Shown here: positions 61,872 through 64,000 of the stretch, piece by piece
Position numbering within the stretch: position 1 is the stretch's first letter
How the letters are laid out: the number at the start of each line of letters is the position of its first letter
Source: Gemmatimonadota bacterium
GTDB lineage: Bacteria; Gemmatimonadota; Gemmatimonadetes; Gemmatimonadales; GWC2-71-9
Assembly (NCBI GenBank): GCA_003221005.1
Contig: QHTZ01000081.1
Coordinates: forward strand, 32,001-96,000
Direction: 5' to 3'
DNA length: 64,000 nucleotides
The notes under the pieces: generated by a model
Told to the model about the DNA's origin: nothing
Databases searched by the model: none
What the model saw: the letters and a program-made list of their open reading frames with translations, nothing else
Position numbers and translations under genes: made by a program

Positions 61872-63245
61872 CTAGTGCACGCCCCCCATCAGCCGCTTCA
61901 CCGGCTGGATCATCAGGAACAGGATCGCCGCCGCGCCGAGGCACACGGCCGCCAGCGCGCCGAACAGCTGCGACAGCGGCATCGAGGTGAAGAACCCCGC
62001 GGTCCACCCGGCGAGCTTGTTGCCCAAGGCGTCGGCCAGGAACCACACCCCGAGCATCATCCCGACGATCTTTACGGGAGCGAGCTTCGTGAACACCGAG
62101 AGACCCACGGGCGAGAGGCTCAGCTCCCCCAGCTCCTGCACGAAGTAGCACCCAACCAGCCACAACGGGCTCACCCGAACGCCGGAGCCGCTCTGGGCAA
62201 CCGCCGCGGCGGGGATCAGCAGGACGAACGACAGGCCGAGGAAGAACAGCCCGAAGGCAAACTTCGCGGGGCTCGACGGCTCCCGCCGGCCCAAGCGCAC
62301 CCACAGCCACGCGAACACCGGAGCCAGGAGAATGACGAAGATCGCCTGTACGGCCACGTACCAGCTGGACGGGAAGCTGAAGCCGAGTACCGAGAGCCGC
62401 GTGTACCGATCCCCGAAGAGATTGAGGGTCGAGCCTGCCTGCTCGTACCCGGTCCAGAACACCGCCGCGAACACGAAGAACACGAACATCGCGGCGATGC
62501 GCTTCCACTCGACCCGCGTAAAGCCGAGCCACGCCGGCGTGGCGGACGCGCGCGGATCCGCGCTCGCGGCCGTCGCGGCCAGGCGCGGCGGGGGACGCAC
62601 CGCGAGCCGCTCGAACGCCGGCTGGAGGCGTCGCTTGCCGAGGACATACTGCACCAGCCCGAACGACATGCCGATGCCCGCGCACGCGAACCCGACGTGC
62701 CAACTCACCTGCTGGGCGAACCACCCGGCGATGATGGGCCCGAGCGCCGCACCCAGGTTGATCCCCATGTAGAAGATCGAGAACCCGGCGTCGCGCCGCG
62801 CGTCGCTCTGGTCGTACAGGCCGCCCACCAGCGTGCTGACGTTGGGCTTGAGGAGGCCAGTGCCGATGACGATGAACGAGAGGCCGGCGTAGAAGAACGG
62901 CAGCGACTTGAAGGCGAGCGTGAAGTGGCCCAGGGCGATGATGCTGCCGCCGAACAGCACGCTGCGGTACTGCCCCAGGAACCGGTCCGCGACGATGCCC
63001 CCGAAGATCGCCGCCGCCCACGCGCTGCTGGTGTAGGTGCCGTATACCGAGCCTGCGTGCTTCACGTCGAACTCGAGCCCACCCGCCGCCGCGGGCGCCG
63101 TCATGTAGAGGATGAGGAACGCGCGCATCCCGTAATAGCTGAAGCGCTCCCACATCTCGGTGAAAAACAGCGTGGACAGACCACCCGGATGGCCGAACCA
63201 GCCGGCGGGGTCGCGACGCGTCGGCGCTGCGATGGGTGCGGTCAT
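61872..63245 (-). CDS. Proton-dependent oligopeptide transporter (POT/PTR)
   Basis: EMWERFSYYGMRA, GTGLLKPN, FSIFYMGINLG, GELSLSPVGLS. Confidence 0.95.
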   Translation of the reverse strand: MTAPIAAPTRRDPAGWFGHPGGLSTLFFTEMWERFSYYGMRAFLILYMTAPAAAGGLEFDVKHAGSVYGTYTSSAWAAAIFGGIVADRFLGQYRSVLFGGSIIALGHFTLAFKSLPFFYAGLSFIVIGTGLLKPNVSTLVGGLYDQSDARRDAGFSIFYMGINLGAALGPIIAGWFAQQVSWHVGFACAGIGMSFGLVQYVLGKRRLQPAFERLAVRPPPRLAATAASADPRASATPAWLGFTRVEWKRIAAMFVFFVFAAVFWTGYEQAGSTLNLFGDRYTRLSVLGFSFPSSWYVAVQAIFVILLAPVFAWLWVRLGRREPSSPAKFAFGLFFLGLSFVLLIPAAAVAQSGSGVRVSPLWLVGCYFVQELGELSLSPVGLSVFTKLAPVKIVGMMLGVWFLADALGNKLAGWTAGFFTSMPLSQLFGALAAVCLGAAAILFLMIQPVKRLMGGVH

Positions 63246-63640
63246 CAGTCGAACAGCTCGTTCTGTTCCACGGTCTCCGGGACGTGCGGGGCGCGGAGGA
63301 TCTCGCCCAGTCGCTGCTCCCACTTCTCCACGTCGAAATGATGCTCGTTCAGCAGGGCCCGCCGCAGCACGGGAGAGAACTCGTGGAACGCGGTGAGCAG
63401 CTCGGTCACGGCCTCGCGCAGCGCCTCCGCCTGGAAGCCGCCTTCGGTGGCGCCCATGTCCTCCAGGATGCTCTGCTCGGTGCGCGACGCGACGATCGGC
63501 TCGCCGCGTCCCTGCACGAACACGTTGGTGCGGCGCCGGGGCCCGCGCTCCTCCTCGATCGGCATCAGCCCGACAATGCCGTCTGAGCGCCAGTACTTGC
63601 CGTAGCCGAGAAAGACCATCCGGTCGCGCTTGATCTCCAT
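63245..63640 (-). CDS. Hypothetical protein, RemA/DUF370-like
   Basis: FLGYGKYWRSDGIVGL...RRTNVFV...IVASRT. Confidence 0.55.
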   Translation of the reverse strand: MEIKRDRMVFLGYGKYWRSDGIVGLMPIEEERGPRRRTNVFVQGRGEPIVASRTEQSILEDMGATEGGFQAEALREAVTELLTAFHEFSPVLRRALLNEHHFDVEKWEQRLGEILRAPHVPETVEQNELFD

Positions 63641-63726
63641 GGTGCCTCCGGAACGTCGGGGCTCATGCGTCGCTCGCGGCCCGTCGTAGGCGTCGCGGAA
63701 CCAGGCGAGCAGCCGCCGCAGGGCGT

Positions 63727-64000
63727 TCAGGGCTTCCGCCGTTTCAGCACGTCGTCCACGACGACCCGGTCGATCTTGCCGTCCATCCGCACGCGCACGT
63801 CGTAATTCTCCCAGTACATGAAGTTGGCGAGCGCGTTCAGGAACTTCTGGTTCGCGACGCCCTGGGGTGCGTCGAGCCACTTCTGCGCCTGGCCCGGCGG
63901 CTCGCGCAACAGGATCGGCTCCAGCTGCCGCACGATGGTCGGCGTGATCGGCACGAGGTCCTCGGGCCGGCTGGTGAAGAAGTAAAGCTGGTGCAGCCGG
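63727..64000 (-). CDS. C-terminus of DUF1028-like protein (partial)
   Basis: LHQLYF..SRPEDLVP...WENYDVR...DGKID; frame runs off window. Confidence 0.55.
   Translation of the reverse strand, partial: RLHQLYFFTSRPEDLVPITPTIVRQLEPILLREPPGQAQKWLDAPQGVANQKFLNALANFMYWENYDVRVRMDGKIDRVVVDDVLKRRKP

Overview
High-GC bacterial chromosomal segment with about 70 genes. GC was judged by eye, and the gene repertoire and style suggest Gemmatimonadota (inference, not tested). Recognisable content includes ligA (5' partial), tldD/pmbA, a long-chain acyl-CoA ligase, and a PTPS-folE-SDR pterin cluster. It also has an M13 peptidase, a coupled minus-strand operon encoding NurA, HerA, a lipoprotein, Mre11/SbcD and Rad50/SbcC, HU, tdk, coaE, gcvH-gcvP-lipoate ligase, an Opp/Dpp ABC transporter, prpE/acs and cysK, followed by an accessory region at about 45.7-62 kb. 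No rRNA, tRNA, CRISPR array, transposase or integrase was seen. Most notable: (1) an archaeal-style NurA-HerA-Mre11-Rad50 operon with an embedded lipoprotein; (2) a family of 7-10-nt tandem-repeat hairpins inserted in-frame in many proteins and flanking a four-helix-bundle gene as inverted repeats; (3) degenerate attC-like sites; (4) a direct-repeat-bounded SDR insert at a dinB 3' end; (5) several apparent pseudoenzyme domains. About eight genes show clean internal deletions or lost ends, which may be assembly collapses. All product calls come from motif recognition, and no database was searched.
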